Positions 10,355 to 21,872 of a DNA stretch of 38,430 bases are shown here, in pieces. Every line of letters starts with the position of its first letter. Within the stretch, counting starts at the first letter, position 1. The notes under the pieces were generated by a model that was not told the DNA's origin, made no database searches, and was given only the letters and a program-made list of their open reading frames with translations. Both the position numbers and the translations under genes were made by a program. The stretch lies in assembly GCA_032718475.1 (NCBI GenBank), contig JAUCBJ010001350.1, positions 1-38,430 on the forward strand. The letters are read 5' to 3'. The DNA is from Nemertoderma westbladi (lineage: Eukaryota > Animalia > Xenacoelomorpha).

Positions 10355-13120
10355 TTATAACACTTTCTTATCCCAGCGTGTACCTACTCCACCCTTCGGT
10401 AAAGTAGAGGCCACGGCTCCAATAACCATAGAACTCTGATATTCATGAGACTTACCTAGCCAATCGAATTGTCTACAAATCTCTTGAATCTCATCGGAAA
10501 ACTCTATAATCCCGCTGCTAATGAACTTTCGGGGTGCTACCAATTTTGCATACAAATATTTAGCTATGTTATTCCTATTACCATACCTGATGTTTAGTGT
10601 ATCCCAAACTTGTCTTAATCCATCTGGATGTCCAATAAACTTTAACGCCATTAACTTGGGAGATCCTTCCAAGCACTCGATAAGGAATCTAAGTTTCTCT
10701 CCTTTAGATAGCACAGAGTTCTGTATGTTATCTTTGTAATATTCATTAAAAGGTAACCATTTCATCTCATCTCCATTGAACTTGACGATCTCTCCCACCT
10801 TTACCGCTTGACGGGCTTCGGTTCTAGCCATTTGACGCGTAAAACTTTCTTGGGCCATCGTGTTATTTAATATTGAGTTATCTGTATATAAATTTCTCGG
10901 ATTATGATCAGGTCTATATGGAATATCATTGTCAACAGGTTTATAATTACCCTTAATAGGGTTTACTATAGGAGTTTCCACTTCACTAGCAGTATAGATG
11001 CGTGTAGGCTCCACACCTTGCGCATGTGATACCTCAGACCCAACGGGTTGACACATTTTTACCGGGGGTGGTGGTGGTGGTATACCTCTTTGGGTATTTA
11101 CTAATTTATCGCGTTCTAACGCGATACTTTGCTGCACTTCTTGCAACTCTAACCTACTTTCCCTTACTGTGCCCTTGAACTGCTGAACAGTCTCCTGCAT
11201 CTGCCCGAGCAGGAGATCCATCCCCCGCCGTCTCTCATCCACCCACTCAACCGCCGAAGCGGGAGCCGCCAACGTTGTAGCGGGCAGACGAGGGACAACG
11301 GGCGACAAATCATTAATATTCCGCTCGGAGTCCAGGACATGAACATTTTCAGGGGTGGTTCTGTGGGGCACAGGTAGCTTAGTGCTGTGCAGAGGGAATT
11401 TAGAGGTAATTTCTGGGAGTACAGGTGTTTCTATCACTGAAGGGATGGCGTCGAGAACAGGCCTAATTATTTCAGGCCCATCTACTATAGTAGGGAGTCT
11501 TTCTATTTTAATTATTTGGTCTGTGGGTTCTGTACTACCTAAGTCTGGGTTAGTTAGTTGCTTTCTAACAGCTGGGGGCAAATCAGGCAATTTATGACGG
11601 TGGGACATTCTTCTACGCCTACTTAGACGAGATCTATTTCCTCCGCCTTCAGGATCGGTGGTATCGCCTTCATCAGAGGATGTAAATCCCTGTCGTTTGG
11701 GAGTAGATCGATTCATCATCTGCATATGACTAGCTGTTAACTGTTTATTTATGCAGTCTTGATTCTCTTGAATATTTTCCAATTCTAGTTGGGCAATCTC
11801 TTCAGACGCTCTCCGTTCTGCTTCTGCCGCTGCCACTGCCGCTTTTCTTTCCACTTCGGCAGCTTTTCTTTCCGCTTCTGCCTCTGCCGCTACCGCCTTT
11901 CTTTCCGCTTCCGCCGCTGCCATTGCTGCTGCCACTGCCGCTGTCTTTCTGTCTTCTATACGTTTTTTCTTTACTTGTTCTTCTTGGACTCTAGCGATGC
12001 GGAGGCGTTCATCAAATTTAGCTTGGTTCGCAGCTATCATATCCGCATCTATTGCGTCCAACACAAGCTTGGCTCCTTCACTATTAGGGCTAAGTCCATC
12101 TAGCCTTCTCCTCAACTCTTCATCTCCTACAAAACGTTGATAGTCCGACTGATAGATGTCAATAGCATCCCTCTTATGCGGTTTCTCTGCCGTCGCTTCA
12201 CTTTCCACTTGGGAAAATGTAGCGTCTGTTGATTCTCCATGGGTTGAGTGCTCAGCCAGCTGAGATTTCCACTGGGCAGTTCCTTGAACTTGGAGACTCA
12301 CCCGCTGAAACCAAGTCTTTATGGCAACTTGCAACGACGTGTCTTGTCTTCTTTTAGAAGCCTCCTCAAAGGCCGATAAGATTAGCCTGATTCGTAGAAT
12401 TCTTTCTCTAACTTGATAAAGCAGCTCTCCCTGCTCTTGAGGTCCTTGGGGTTGTCGAAACAGTTGTTCCTTTAATCGCTCCATAGAGCTGAAGAATCCC
12501 TGTACGTATCCTGCTGCTGACCTCTTCCACACAGCTGGATCGCTGGTTTCTTTTGTCACTCCCATCCTGTGTATGTCTTCCCAGGCAGCTTCCGATAAGT
12601 CAAACGTGAGTCCGGGTCTGGGGAAGTTCCATTGCGACTCGACAATAGAATTCAGTTCTTCCCTTGTGTATCCCGCATAACTATCCTTGGTCGATCGCTT
12701 ACTTCTCGCCCAATCAATCTGGTGTTCCTCCACCGCAATCAATACCCTAGCGAGTACGGCTGCAGGAAGGATGAGAAGGGGATCCGAATAAACCGTATCT
12801 GCCATCTTAGCTCCGCGCTCGGGTGTCAGCTCTACAGTATCCGCACCACTGGAGCTGTCGGTCCGCGGAGAAATAAGTTCTCGGCTCGAGTGTTGCTGCT
12901 GTTCCGCTGCTTCTTGATCCCGCTTGACCTGAGCTCGAGTGCCTATGATAGACCTACGATGTTGGACTAGCCTAGGGTCTGATATTACTACTGGGGGAAT
13001 GATCTTTCTTACAGTAGGAGGTGAATTGAACTTCGGTCTCACACGTTCCACACTCCTGTCTGGGTCACAGATGGTTGTATCTAGGAGACTGTCTGACAGG
13101 TTTTGCTTTGTGTCAGACAT
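10355..13120 (-). pseudogene. gag: BEL gag N-terminal part (921 aa) with long coiled-coil/low-complexity extension and capsid-like region
   Basis: KFNGDEMKW..F...Y....LSKGEKLRFL..CLEG.P..Y/VWDTLNIRYGN resembles the BEL gag (DUF1759-type) pattern. Continues across a frameshift at ~10355 into the knuckle ORF. Confidence 0.85.
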
Positions 13121-13254
13121 GTTTGTTTGTACAGTTGAATGCCTACTGCTATATTACAGTTTAAGCAAGTCTATTAATTCAGTATCACTGTTAGCCTAGT
13201 AATTAATTACCGATATCGTTACTATATGTAACGTGATATATATACAATATATTA

Positions 13255-13510
13255 GAATACCAGTATACACTTATAGTATATATATAAGTATTATTACAGA
13301 CTAGGTTTGTCACAGAATACCGGTATATAATTTTAGCACAACTATATATATAAATATATAATAGGCCTATCGTGAATACCGGTATACAGCTTACACTTAT
13401 AGTATATATAAGTATAATTATGGACTAGAATTAATTACAGAATACCGGTATAATTTCGGCCTAAATTTATAGAAATAAATACAATGAGCCTATTGTAAAT
13501 ACCGGTATGT
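13255..13510. repeat. Degenerate tandem repeats in the BEL 5' leader (AATACC(G/A)GTAT about every 60 bp)
   Basis: The motif recurs five times; the block cacttatagtatatata...aagta...gactag...acagaataccggtata is duplicated at ~120-bp spacing. Confidence 0.7.
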
Positions 13511-14463
13511 CAATTATTTTTAGAATAATTGAATTTCTGAATTTTAGGGGTTACTTGGTTACTTTACGTTACTTGATTACCGTTATTTAAGCAGTAGTCC
13601 AACTGATATTAAGACCTAATTGTTGTAAGACAGGCCTACTATTTTATAAATCGGTTTGAGTTGATTTATAGTATATATATACCCGTATAATGGGTTTTGT
13701 CAATATTTGAAATAAATGTTATTATTTCTAGGAAGGAGTCACTGCACAGGAGCTGTACGCTCTCAGTGAAGTGCTACTTGTTGGACACTAAAACAAATAA
13801 TTCTAATTTACCTAAGTTACTTAATACTACAAATTACGTACAATTCGGGGTGAGATTACAATCTCTAAATAAACACAAAAAATTACACGTACAAATTTTT
13901 AGGGTAATTTTACAAGAAGTCTACAAACCAGCCTAACAAAGGGTTAGAATATCTGGTTATTGCAATGGACAGGGTACTACGGTATTTGAAAATAACGAAG
14001 CAGTAGTAAATATACTGCGTTGTCCAGATAGGAAAATACCACCGTCTGACGACTTATAGCCGTATCGCTATAAGTACTACGTTATGTATCATGGAGTGTT
14101 CCTACCTAGAAGTTAATTACCGCGGTCTACCATAACCAACGTGCCTATTAACCACTTTACAACACAAATATACTGCCTACACACTAATTACCTTTGGAAA
14201 GCACTGTACACTAAACCCTAAATTAGATACAAGTACTTATGCAACAAATAATCAGCAGTTAGAAATACTTGTACAGCTAAAAGAACCACGGTATCTGCTG
14301 GAGTGACCAGGGCACAAAATCACCAGTCTTTACCTACGCCAAGCAGCCCTGATATAGTACTGGGGTTAATTTAACTATAACGGTATATATAACAAGCACA
14401 ATTACTGTAGGAATAAACTTGGGGATATGAATGTTGCGAATAATCGCATAAACTCTGAATAAT

Positions 14464-15037
14464 AAATATTACGCTACGCGTACAGACTACTCAAACAAAA
14501 TGCAGACCAAATGCTGACAGACTACTATCAAGCCTAAACAAACTACGGTATATGCAGACTCCGAAATGGTTAGTTAGTATGCGTTCTAACCGAGTAGTAC
14601 GACTTATTCTTTAAGGGGGATTGACCTCACAACACTGGAAGCCCCTACGTTCCTAACTAGTACTTTATCGGACATACACTCTACACACACCGCAATCTCT
14701 TCAGACCTAACAACAGCCAGACAACAATCCAGCCTACAAATTATCTAAATAAGAAATATTACGCTACCCGTACAGACTACACAAACTAAAATACAGACCA
14801 AACGCTGGCAGACTACTATCAAGCCTAAACAAACTACAGTATATGCAGACTCCGAAATGGTTAGTTAGTATGCGTTCTAACCGAGTAGTACGACTTATTC
14901 TTTCGAGGGGATTTACCTCACAGCACTGGAAGCCCCTACGTTCCTAACTAGTACTTTTTCGGACATACGCTCTACACACACTACAATCTCCTCAGACTTA
15001 ACAACAGTCAGACAACAGTCCAGCCTACAAATTATCT
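14464..15037. repeat. Tandem duplication of a ~290-bp unit in the BEL 5' leader
   Basis: aaatattacgctac...gcagactccgaaatggttagttagtatgcgttctaaccgagtagtacgacttattc...ccagcctacaaattatct at 14464-14753 and 14754-15037. Confidence 0.9.
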
Positions 15038-15318
15038 GTATAATCTGGGCAGGCTTACACGTCTTCTGCTCAATATTAACCTACAAGTAAATAAAACTGA
15101 CAGAAATAAGTAAGCTCCAAAAGAAACAAGGGGTGTACAGGCCCTAATCTCTTAAACAGCCTACCGGTATACAATATCACAATCGAAATAATACTAGTAC
15201 CTGTACTGCAGTAAGTACCGGTTCGGGTGGTTAGGTAGTTATGCCTACTAGTTACCGGTCGACCAGTACTTTTGCCCCTTTTATTGCCTACGTGCAATAA
15301 AGAAGCTATATCTGTTAT

Positions 15319-16487
15319 TGTTCGCGCTTTTAGACCTTTAGCAGTTTAACCTGCCAAATTTAAATGTCTTCTAGATTATAAATCGACTTTAGCCTATGAC
15401 GAGTATTTGTTACACTACATTAGCCGAAGCCAGTCTATGCGCGACCATTCACCCGCTGGATATACCCGGGAGACTGGATTCGGAGGCTTGACCTTATTGC
15501 GGCGTAGGCCTACTGTATTATTCGACTGATCGTTAAGATATAATTTCTGACCAATATTATTCACTTTCGGGAAATATTAACAGTTCCTTTAGGACGTGGC
15601 GCTCTAAATATGTAAACAGAGTTATGACTTACACTAGACACAATGGGATGGCTATGGATTCACGTATAAAGCGCATTCTTTAGGAGATGCTTTGTTATCA
15701 ATCACAATCATGCACACTACTGCATAATGCTGCACACCGATCTGCCGACCTTCACTAAATTTAGTCACATATAAAGAGAACAACGACCGATACATGTAGT
15801 GCCTATGAAATAGCATTAGATTCACTTCAAAAACACTTTAATGTAAGTCGCAATCGTTATATGTAACCGGTCTCTCTTACCTTCAGTATATCAAGAAGAT
15901 TGAGGGTTTTATAATTATTTATCGATATTCCAAATATAATAATATTCCATCAACTGATATAATTAATGACCAACAGTAAATAGCAGTAAAAATGCGGTGT
16001 TTGTAGTTGACAATATGATTTGCATTGATTAGTTTGTTTGATTGTACAGATATACGTTTCGATGATCAAGCCTACTAATGTTTGGTTAAAGCCTGAAACC
16101 ACAGATATTCCAAAGCCGGTCTTCTGGCATCAGGAAAAAAGGTAAACATAAACAGTAATGCATTGCGCGATTTCCCGGAGGTTTCTGTACAAAAAACAGG
16201 AGAATCGCTGTGATTGGTTGTCCGAACAAAGAGACAAAGGAAAAGCTACACGTGTACAGATCAGCTGTTAGCCGTCGTCATAGTAACTACACTGTGTCAA
16301 GAGGATTTTAGCGTATTGCGACATAAAATTGCTAGTTATGTCCGCTAAAGTACACATACAGAAGAAATGGCTTTTTATGTCCACTAAAACACCGGTACAG
16401 TAATTAAACGTTTTTTTATGTCCGTTAAACCAACTACAGAGTACGTTGCGGGGAAAATAACCAGCTAATTCCGCAAAAGCTTTTACA
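15319..16487 (-). repeat. 5' LTR (1169 bp)
   Basis: Direct repeat of 850-2016, followed by the CATAG TSD. Confidence 0.96.
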
Positions 16488-16589
16488 CATAGCATTACAG
16501 TATATGGACATGTGAAAGGTACTGTATGTTAACTTATGTGAATCTCGAATCGAAAATCGAATCTTGACACCAACCAATGCCAAGTCAGG

Positions 16590-17000
16590 GTCTCACGATA
16601 GTCACGGGCTATCCACCATGCATATTCTCTCCATGGGGCTGCCAAAATACAAGATTGTGCACAGGCTGGTCCTCACGGCGAAAGCAATGTCCTGCAAAGC
16701 GGAGGTGGCTTTGTTCTAGTGTTAAGCTTGGGGGAACCAATGGGACACCTCCAATGTTATATAGTGTCTGGTTGGAGATGTGGGTATTGTAGTGGACACA
16801 ATGAACCCGGCGTAGCATTCGTGTAAAAGAGATTTGGTGTCCTCAGCAGTTAGAGCCCAGCATGGACTCCCATACAGGAGTACTGGAACTAATGCTGCTC
16901 TAAATAATCGGACCTAAGGTTTCCGATGAATTCTGTGTGAAGTGTGACTTCCAAATCCTGGAAAGCACATCCAATACTCCCCAGCCCATGCCTCTCCCTT
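16590..17000 (-). pseudogene. Degraded non-LTR retrotransposon (RTE-like) ORF2 C-terminal fragment
   Basis: Minus-strand frames give VLLYGSPCWALT, MLRRV..HISNQTLY and LRFAGHCFR..QPV..LVFWQP, typical of the post-RT region of RTE-clade LINEs. Confidence 0.7.
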
Positions 17001-17007
17001 ACGTTTA

Positions 17008-17234
17008 GCATAGCATTCTTAATGCATGCTGCATTGGTGGTTTGCATGGTGGTGGTGGTGACAAAATGTTTTTGATAAGACGGCAATGCAGGAGGCCGAT
17101 TATAGTAGTAGTAGTATCAGAGATGTACAGTATTTCTTCACTATTTAGCGATTGTTAACAGAAAGTTTAGCGAATTAGAGCGGAGCGCTATCACATTTAT
17201 CCACTGAGACAAGATCAGAGAAGTGGGGCTGAAC
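17008..17234 (-). repeat. Right copy of the inverted repeat, partner at 322-559
   Basis: Reverse-complement similarity to 322-559. Confidence 0.8.
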
Positions 17235-18739
17235 TTTCCACTCAAGCTGATTCCGCTCCATAGTGTCATGAGTATTAATAACCAAAACACTACAAAATAT
17301 ATTTATTTCAATATAGAACATAGGTAGAGTATGTAGTGTAGCAGGGAATGAAAGTAGGTCTAAATATGATTAGAAAGTATATCTAGCAGCTCAGTCTAGT
17401 AGGTGGTTTAGTAGTGGTAGTCTAGTAGGTGGGTTAGGCTTTTATTAAGACTGTAAGAAGCATCTTCTCTTGAGTTCCAATAAAGTGTAATTATAATTAA
17501 GACTGAAATTAAGTGGAGGCAGAGTGGATATGGATAAGTATGTACTGTAGTATGTACAGTAATGTGTACTGTTGCCGGCTCTAAAGTGTTACCAGGTACA
17601 GCTCCGTTTGCAGTTCAACATTCTGGTTGGCCTAGTCTTTGGAGGTTACAAAGTTGTAATTTACTGTATAGAGCATTTCCCGCCATGGTGGATTTGGGTT
17701 GGTAAACAAGGAACTGTTACCCACAGTCTATTTTGCTGCAAATGCTAACTGTATACAGAAATCTTATATTTTTATCAGATTATCATTCAATTTTAGTGCA
17801 TATAATATTTGTGTCTCACGTGTATTGAATAGTCCATAAAGTTGTTTTTATGTTGCCTAGCAGCGGTTGTGGTATTACTGAACTCTCATTGGTAACTACC
17901 TGAGCCAGCATTCTTGTGTCTTATTTGGCTGTTCTATTAATAGTATTATTGTGCCTTATATAGTTGATGTTCTTCCCATCACTTCAGGCGTAACCTAAGA
18001 TCATATTAGCCTGTTGCGAGTTATTGTAACTATAGGGCTCGCAGTATTTCACCTTGCTGCATGCATTTTAAAATCTTGCTGCATGCATTTTAACATCTTG
18101 CTATGTGCATAGTTATTTACTATTATTGCATTACTTTGTTGATGAATATACAGGACCAGAGATAAAACCAACTTGATTTCCACACTGTGAGTGCATATTG
18201 CGCCTTGTCAGTAATAGATTCGGTTCATTTAATGCGAGTGTGTATGTCCATAGTACTGCAATATTATGCCCAACTAGTAAATATCATCTACTAACACTAT
18301 GTATGCAGTACGAGTGAACTGTGCGCTTACCACGCACCGAGTCAACATAATGTCCTACCTGTAATATATATAAGTCATACGTACATTTACTAGCCAACAA
18401 CACAACATAACGGAACGGTTTACACGTAACTATCGCGCCCCTTTGAAGCAGTTTGCAAGCGCCGAGGCCTTATACTTACAGTAATTGATTCTACATTCAG
18501 TTAGATATATATATTAGATAATATATATATACATATATATATTAGATAATATATATATACCCCTACACTTTCGTGAGTGTTCCTGCTGTGCGGCAGGTAC
18601 CCCAAGGCTCTTGATAACACTCATAAGAGTTACAGACTGACTCGTAACGGCACCTGTAGGTTACCCTCCCGTAAATGCCTTGACAGTCTAACAGTTAATA
18701 ATTACATAGTTTTGTACTGTCGTTTAGCAAAAAATGATG

Positions 18740-19001
18740 TTTGTTTGCACTATTTGTGCGTGCAGGGGTCTTGCATTGTCAAAAATTTGAAAAGTTATGT
18801 TTTTTTGTGGATGTAGGCCATTTCAGACACTTCTTTCTAGCACTGGGAAAAGTCATATTAAAAAAAAATTTCTTTCTAAATGAATTAATTTTACATGATT
18901 TTGTAAAAAATTTTGTTTGTTTGAACTAATTGTGCGGGGGTCATGTATTGTCAAAAATTGGGATAGTGATGTTTTTTTGTGGTTTTGGGCCATTTCAGAC
19001 A
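18740..19001. repeat. Two diverged ~90-bp direct repeats
   Basis: tttgtttg.act..ttgtgcg..ggggtc.tg.attgtcaaaaatt...tgttttttgtgg...ggccatttcagacac at ~18740 and ~18915. Confidence 0.7.
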
Positions 19002-19316
19002 CACATTTTTTTTTTCGATCTACCCTAAATTTCTACTCGGGACATCTACTTGGAATAATAAGTTTTGGATCCGTTTAATTATAATACAATCTTATCAGTC
19101 AAATCCCATAGAACGTTGTATAATATTATAGTTAATTAATCAATAATTAGCTGTACATATCAGAGTTTATTCGGGAACTCAAGCTTCGCTCTAACCAGTG
19201 ATATTCGAGATAGATTGAAAGATTAATTGATAAACAGAAGTTTCAGTATTTTTACTACATACATATTTTAGGCCAGCATTGGTTTTGTAAATGAATTATA
19301 GACCGCGACGCCCCTA

Positions 19317-19799
19317 CTAACGCTCCCTTTCGGTATCAGTATCAACCTCATCGTATCCCCCCGGTGGTGGATGTCTGCGGGGCGGCGGCGATTGGTGGCT
19401 TCCGCTCAACTGCTCATATACATTGTAATTACCGAAGGTAGTCCGCGGTTGCCTTGGTTGTTCTGATGGCGGTGAATTTCTCCGGTTATAAAGTTCCCTG
19501 TAGTCCCTATTTAGCTGCAACATTTGCGATTTAAACCTATTTGTTTCATCTTGGGACCTCCGTAGTTGGGTGGTAAGATTACGAACCTCAGACTTTAATT
19601 GATTACATTTTCTCTGTATCTCATCTTTTTCCTGCTTTTCGACACTAAAGTCATCCGCATAAGCTTTGCCTTGGTGTTTGTGGAGTTTCAGTTCGCCTTC
19701 TCGGTCTGCTATCTGTTGTTTCAACGCTTCAACTATGGTCCAATGGCGGATTTCCATATCCCTAATTTCTTCCCGTAAAGCGGCATTAATTGCCACCGA
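19317..19799 (-). CDS. Last coding exon of a TNIP2/ABIN-2-like protein (UBAN-like ubiquitin-binding coiled coil)
   Basis: Phase-0 acceptor ttgtcttttag|TCG at 19800/19799. QGKAYADDFSVEKQEKDEIQRKCNQLKSEV resembles the UBAN signature (Q...Y.DDF..ER..RE). Confidence 0.8.
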   Translation of the reverse strand, partial: SVAINAALREEIRDMEIRHWTIVEALKQQIADREGELKLHKHQGKAYADDFSVEKQEKDEIQRKCNQLKSEVRNLTTQLRRSQDETNRFKSQMLQLNRDYRELYNRRNSPPSEQPRQPRTTFGNYNVYEQLSGSHQSPPPRRHPPPGGYDEVDTDTERER

Positions 19800-20091
19800 C
19801 TAAAAGACAAAGTTGCAAACATATACGAGAAAGTAAATTACAATAATTCGCCCAATTATTATTCTCGCAGACTAACTTTGCTAACGCAAATTAGGCCTAA
19901 TAGATTAAATATGATTTTACTATTCATGTTGTTTTGGTGATATGTGCATAAGTTACGTTTGTTTTATTTGATCATTTAATGTTACTCAAATTAAAATCCA
20001 ATATACTGTAGCACCATTTTAATAAATTACATTGCAATTTAGTTGCGGATGCTTTCTAATTACAATATTGTATTAATAAAAACAACATTAC

Positions 20092-20421
20092 CTCATCGAC
20101 TTGCCTTCGAAGCTCGTGACATTGTTTTTCGTAAGATGCAATGCATGTGTCAACGGCTTTGTTAGCGTCACTATCAGCTGCCTGCGTCATAGGAACATCT
20201 TTAGTCGTATCAGTTTGCTGATTAGCTAATAATTGGTTCTCTAAATCAGTTACTTTAGCCTTCAATCCACGAATATCTGTTTTCTGCTGTTCATGATAGT
20301 TCTGCCATTGTTCGTTCATTTTTATCACAATTCGAAGTTGTTCTTTGACTACAAGTGCTTCTTTCTTTGCTTCGGAATCTGTGCTGGGTTTACTAGTAAC
20401 GGGAACAGGAGTCATGGTTTC
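20092..20421 (-). CDS. Middle coding exon of the TNIP2/CEP55-like gene (EABR-like coiled coil)
   Basis: Acceptor tttgtttatttcag|GAA, donor GAG|gtaatg, 330 nt, phase 0/0. EQLRIVIKMNEQWQNYHEQQKTDIRGLKAKVTDLE resembles the CEP55/TNIP2 EABR motif (N..W..Y...R..YV.GL.A.I.EL). Confidence 0.8.
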
Positions 20422-21550
20422 CTGAAATAAACAAACGTGTACAACTAATTTTTCAGCCATGTTTTCAGCTTCTGGCTTCGCGGCTTCGGATACTTAACTT
20501 AATTAAATCTCCATTAAATCAAAATAAATTAAATAAATCTTAATTAAATCTTAACTTAAATCTTAATTATAAATAATTTTATTAATTTTAATAATAATTT
20601 TGCTAAATAAATTACTACGTTATCCTATCGATAATAAGCCACCAACTACATACTTGGGTGGGATGCTACAACAACGCGATTGGGGAACAAGCCAAATGGG
20701 GACCAGGTTGAGCCTAAGTAGCCAAAAGGGGTGTTGGTTGGGGGAAAGCACCTTCCGCACATGACCAGAAAACGTGTATCTGTTAGCAGGTCAACATGTA
20801 GGTAGAACCGTGTAATAAGTTTCGGGATCCTGTGCCAACTCGGGTCCCGTCACATTGTCATATTCATGTTGGGCAGGAAAAACTGGTCTAAAAAAGTTTA
20901 ATTCAAAATTGCTTGAAGTGATTCCTATTGGAGTCGTTTTGAGTTAAATTCTCAAAAAATTGATTCGATGATGTTCGAAGTCCCAGACTGCATTACCAGT
21001 TGGCTTACTGGTTCACGTAGTTCCAAAAAACTGCAGGTGTACTATGCTAAGTTGGCTGACATCAAGGCTGGCTCCACAGCACAATAGTCCCCCGGAACAG
21101 AATCCAGGATAAACTTACCAAGATCTTGTAATAAATAGATACTTATACTGTAGGTATTTATCTCTATTACGACATACAGTAGGCCTTATTTATGTTGTAC
21201 CGTAGTATATATAACTGATAAGTAAAGCGGCATCAGTCTGTTTATTCAGAGAACGCTCGAACTCATGTGACGTTTGTTAAGATAAATAAGTAGTTAATAA
21301 TTTAAGTTTGAATGGTGAAGAAGCTTGTGTACTAGAAAGCCGTGGCCAAATACCGCGGGCTTCGATAGGGCGAAGTAGGGACCCTTTTGCATTACTAGTG
21401 GCCTTTCTATTACAAGTAAAAATGTCTTCCCAGGAGTAGTTCTACGTTAGTCCTGTATCCCTCGCATTTACAAATAACCTGAGAAGGAAATTGGTACGGT
21501 GGCTGAATGCGGCCAATTTTTTCCAGACAAAAATAATATTTACTTACCGC

Positions 21551-21704
21551 CGGTCACCCGCGGTCACCGCCGGTCACCCGCGGTCACCGCCGGTCACCCG
21601 CGGTCACCGCCGGTCACCCGCGGTCACCGCCGGTCACCCGCGGTCACCGCCGGTCACCCGCGGTCACCGCCGGTCACCCGCGGTCACCGCCGGTCACCCG
21701 CGGT
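21551..21704 (+). repeat. Left subterminal array, 15 x 10-bp (CGGTCACCCG / CGGTCACCGC)
   Basis: Directly visible, with strict alternation of the two variants. Confidence 0.95.
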
Positions 21705-21872
21705 GAGCGGTTGTAGGCTATAAAAGTACAGTACACCAGTAAGTTGTTTATAAGATTTTATTATTATTCCACGTGTATGCAAGATACTTTCCGTTATATA
21801 TTAAATTTATTACTTGCTTCTATTGTAATTTATAATTATAATTAATTAGATAACTAATTAAGATGGTGCATT

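Larger units (their letters stand above)
850..16487 (-). mobile_element. BEL/Pao LTR retrotransposon, both LTRs present, non-autonomous (integrase deleted)
   Basis: Direct repeats 850-2016 and 15319-16487, each TG...CA. 5-bp TSD CATAG at 845-849 and 16488-16492. Internal minus-strand gag (three BEL-type zinc knuckles), protease, RT and RNase H in BEL order. Confidence 0.96.

Noticed and set aside
20056-20460. 134-aa ORF as a standalone gene starting at 20460
   Set aside because: Its ends run through clear splice acceptor and donor sequences; it is better explained as the internal exon 20421-20092.
21491-21723. Short ORFs with RSPAVTAGHP repeats (also 26901-27145)
   Set aside because: Translations of the stop-free 10-bp subterminal arrays.
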